A stretch of 64,000 nucleotides of DNA, taken from assembly GCA_001600815.1 (NCBI GenBank), contig BCKZ01000003.1, forward strand, positions 1,165,474 to 1,229,473, written 5' to 3'. Positions within the stretch are counted from its first letter, which is position 1. Every line of letters begins with the position of its first letter. Shown here piece after piece: positions 60,101 to 64,000 of this stretch. The DNA is from Alloascoidea hylecoeti (taxonomy: Eukaryota). The notes beneath the pieces are model-generated. The model was not told the origin of the DNA and did not search any database. It worked only from the letters and a program-made list of their open reading frames with translations. The position numbers and the translations under genes are program-made.

Positions 60101-63100
60101 AAAGTGGGTCACCAAGGTTTCTTTATTTCTGATGGCATAGATTATAAGCCAAGAGAGTTTGATGCCTCTACCGAAATTATTGAACAGTTATTAAGACGAC
60201 AATCCGGTTTTGTTAATCTGTCTAGTGATATAATTGATGCTATAGGGAAATCTCTCAAAATCACCTTGACAGAGTTAATCCAGCCTTTACTTTTCACTCT
60301 ATTCGTTGCTCAAAAAACCATAAATTTATCCCTAGATGAAGCAACGGATGAAAAGAACCTTGATAAAATCGCAAGGGCAAATAGGTCAACTGGTATGAAA
60401 AACTTATCAGATTTATTTTCCATTTTACCAGAGTATGATTGGGACCAATACTTTGAGCACTGCATTTATTCACAACTTGTACTTCCTAGATTACCAAATT
60501 TTTCAACCGAGAATTTACAACAACCTTCAGCTTTAATGAAATTAATAGCTTCATGGGCATTGACTAAAAACTACTATCACTTTTTATATTTTGAAGACTT
60601 TAAAACTGTCAAAGCAATCATTGGATGCATTGGAAATCCTCATGTCAAGGACAATGTCTTATTTCTTTCTGTTACTTTTGCTTCCAACTTATTAAAAGCA
60701 GCTATTGAGACTCCAACAGATGAAAATTTAAGTGTACTATCGAAAATAATTTCTGATGAAATACTCAATTGTTTACCAACACTTTTCAATACCCGATGCA
60801 CAACACGGGACATTAGTAGACAATTGGTTAATATGTTTTTAACTTTAACAGAAGGAAATTTTTCAGTGGATTCAGTTACCAAGAACAAGATTATTTTAGC
60901 AGCTAGAAATGCTTTAGAGAGACGAGCTAATGAAATAGACAACTCAACCAAGGTTCATATTATTAAGGCTATAATGGCAATGATTGATACTGATGTTGAA
61001 GATATCACAAAACTTATTGAAACAACTTCTAAAATTTTACGATTTTCAAAAGATAAAAACTTGAGAAATGCAGCGGTTAATTTGCTTAAAACCATCGCAG
61101 AACATTTCCATATTTATAGGGAAGTTTCTGATCTAATTGAAGCATTAAATTCATATTCTCAAAGAAGATTAGACGAGCCTGATTTTGATAGACGTCTTGA
61201 AGCTTTCACTTTGATCAATGAAGATAAATATAAAGCATTTAGTACTGAAGAATGGTTACCAATTCTTTATTCTGCCTTTTACTTCCTGGAAGATGAAGAA
61301 GAACTTCCTTTTAGACGAGGTTCAAATTTAATCATTCAAAGATTTATTTCTCGTCTTATTGAAGAAGATGAAGAAGGGTCTAAACAATATGTGAAATTAT
61401 TCGTTGCAATTGGTATTGCTAATCTCAAAAAAGGTGTTCACCACAAGTCTGAAATCATTAGGACAGAGTACATTTCCATATTGTCTTATTGGCTCTCAAA
61501 TTCTAAATGGTATACCGAACTAGATGCTATGAAAGTGTTACTGTTCGAAGATGACGAATCAAACTTTTTCAAAAACGTATACCATGTTCAAGTTGGTCGA
61601 AGACAAAAGGCCTTACATAGACTTGGATTGGTTGCCTGTGAACTCTCACCTGTAATGATTTCACATTATATTATTCCCGCTATCGAACCTATGGTTCATT
61701 TTGTCGGTGATAAGAGACCTGTAGCTGTTGCAACTATCGAAGCTATTGGGCAACTGGTATTGAATATCAATTGGGCCCAGTACAAAGATGTTGTTCGAAG
61801 ATACGCTTCATCGATACAAAAACCTGACCTCTTTAAGGATATTGTTTTACTTCTTGTTAGTGTTTCTCACAGTCTAATGGTTTCCGCTCGACAACAGTAC
61901 TCCGATACTGAAGATGACACAGAAATGTCAGGAGAGACAGAGGGAAAGAAAGAATACAAAGGAATCAGGAACTTACCGAGTCATTCAGATTTGGACAATT
62001 TTATCACTAAGCAAATTTTGCCTCCATTAGCAAAACTATTAAGATCAAGAGATGAAGAGACACTAGTCGATAGAATTCCTTTGTCAGAAGCAATGTCTTA
62101 TTTTGCGGCATCTTTATCTCCAGATATAATCACTAGTACGTTGCCAGGAATCTTAACCGATACTTGTCAAATTTTACGAAGTCGTTCTGATGTATTGCGT
62201 AATGCTGTTAGAGCTTCATTGGCTAAGATTAGTCGTATTTTGGGTCCTACATATCTCCTTTTCATTCTAAAGGAATTAAAATCAGCTTTGAAAAGAGGAT
62301 CACAAATTCATATACTAAGTTTCACGGTCCACTATATCCTGGTCGCCAGCAGTGAAAATATAAAACATGGTGATTTGGATCCATGTGCTGAAATCGTTGC
62401 AGACATTATTATGAAGGATGCTTTTGGAGCAGCTGGTAAAGAGAAAGATGCAGAAGGATATCGAACTACGATGATTGAAGTTAGACAAAATAAGAGTTAT
62501 GACACAGCTGAATTGATTGCGTCAAATGTTAGCATTTCAAAATTCAAAGTTTTATTTGAACCTATTAGATATATATTATTGGAAAGGTTATCACTTAAAA
62601 CTGAAAGGAAAATTGATGAGATTATAAGGAGATACTCTTTAGGTCTATATCATAATGAGAACTCATCAAACATTGAAGTTTTGAAACTTTGTGATGAAAT
62701 TTATAAGTCTTCAATAAAATCACCAGATGAAATTCAAAATAGGAGGAAAAAAGAGGTGGACGAGAACAAAGAACATTTCATAGTAAGATTGAATGCCAAA
62801 GCTGAAAGAGTTGAACATTTAAAGGCTCAACAATTGCTGATTCTACAAAGGCTTGCCTTCGATATATTGAGATCGATATTATCAAGACACGTTGAATTAA
62901 TTACAGAATCTAATATATCCACATTTATGCCATATCTTCATTCTAGTTTAAGAAGTGAAAATGAAAATGTTATAATTTCATCTCTTAAATTATTAACGCT
63001 CTTAGCAAAGAAGGCGCAATTCACGTATGACGGATTTGATGGTTCTTTGAAGGGTTGCTCAAGAGAGACAATTGTTCTTATTAAAGATTGTCCAACAACA

Positions 63101-64000
63101 ACTACAGAATTATCACAGAACTGCTTGAAATTTTTATCAACTATACTTCGACATCGTCCTTTAGTTGAAATAAAAGAAAACACAATTATATTTGTAATTG
63201 AGAAGATTAAACCAGATTTACAAGAAAAAGATCGTCAAGGTTTAGCATTTACATTCTTAAGAGCGGTGTTATCACGAAAATTTATCATTCCTGAAATTTA
63301 TAAAACAATGGAACCAGTTTCAGAAACAATGATTACAAGTCACACAAAAGAAATTCGTGATATGTCAAGAAGTGTTTATTTTCAATTTTTAAGAGAGTAC
63401 CCTCAATCATCTAGTCAACTTGAAAAACATTTTAGATTTTTAGTTTCGAATTTAGAATATCCTTCACAAACTGGTCGTGAATCAGTTATGGAATTATTAC
63501 ATTTATTTTTAGTTAAATATTCAGATGAAATGATTCTCAAGATGTCATCTTCTTTCTTTGTTGCATTGGCAAATGTTTCGGTTTGTGATGATGCTAGTAA
63601 ATGTCGAAAAATGGCTTCTAGTTTATTAACCACATTATTTAAACGAATGGGTAAACAAAATATGGGAGACATAGAAGAGATGTGTTCTGCTTGGATTGAT
63701 CAGAATTCAAATACCCTATTAACGAGATGTGGGCTTCAAGTTTACAAGATTTATGTTACAGAATTTGGAGTGAAAACAGATCAAAAATTAGATAAATTGG
63801 CTTTTCAAAGGATTACACATTGTCTTGATGAATCAAGAAGTAATTCTACAGCAGATGTCGAATGGGAAGTTTTGTATACTTGTTTAATTACTTTTGGTAA
63901 AATGGTTGAAGTTCTACAAGTAGAAGGTGTTGGTTCACAATTCAAAAATATTTGGGCCAATGTTATTGTCTGTTTACTGTATCCACATAGTTGGGTTCGT
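57101..64000 (+). CDS. UTP20: SSU processome HEAT-repeat protein Utp20, 3'-truncated by the window; exons 57101-57145, 57212-57489, 57547->64000
   Basis: Introns 57146-57211 (GTATGT..TTTAAC..TAG) and 57490-57546 (GTATGT..GCTAAC..CAG). FKSFRDRVDSIKIEP, QFCHDLGPDF, LKRGSQIHILSFT; LLYPHSWVR is in frame at the window end. Confidence 0.95.

Overview
AT-rich eukaryotic DNA from a budding yeast (Saccharomycotina). CUG reads as Leu, introns are short with a branch point close to the 3' site, and XAP5- and GSKIP-family genes are retained, which together suggest an early-diverging lineage (inference). Housekeeping genes: MDL1, ATG26, GLC3, ACO1, RCF2, IMG1, BUD23, ARE2-like, RET2 and UTP20 (runs off the window end). 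Also present are a tandem MFS pair, two secreted or cell-wall proteins, a T5orf172/MUG113 protein and an orphan ORF. The main finding is an intact fungal-type NLR immune receptor at 1559-5473, built from an N-terminal HeLo-like/SesA-type helical domain, NB-ARC and about 15 TPRs. Yeasts are generally reported to lack this class. It is accompanied by an adjacent pseudogene with a ~430-bp near-identical tract and a third decayed TPR fragment at 27.4 kb, consistent with a locally evolving NLR family. Intergenic DNA holds mobile-element relics: an internally deleted Crypton-like element, a truncated Ty3/gypsy-like LTR-PBS-gag, a possible Tc1 fragment, a foldback/MITE-like family and a dispersed repeat with a fixed-spacing CCGG core. 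All assignments come from reading the sequence by eye; no searches were run.
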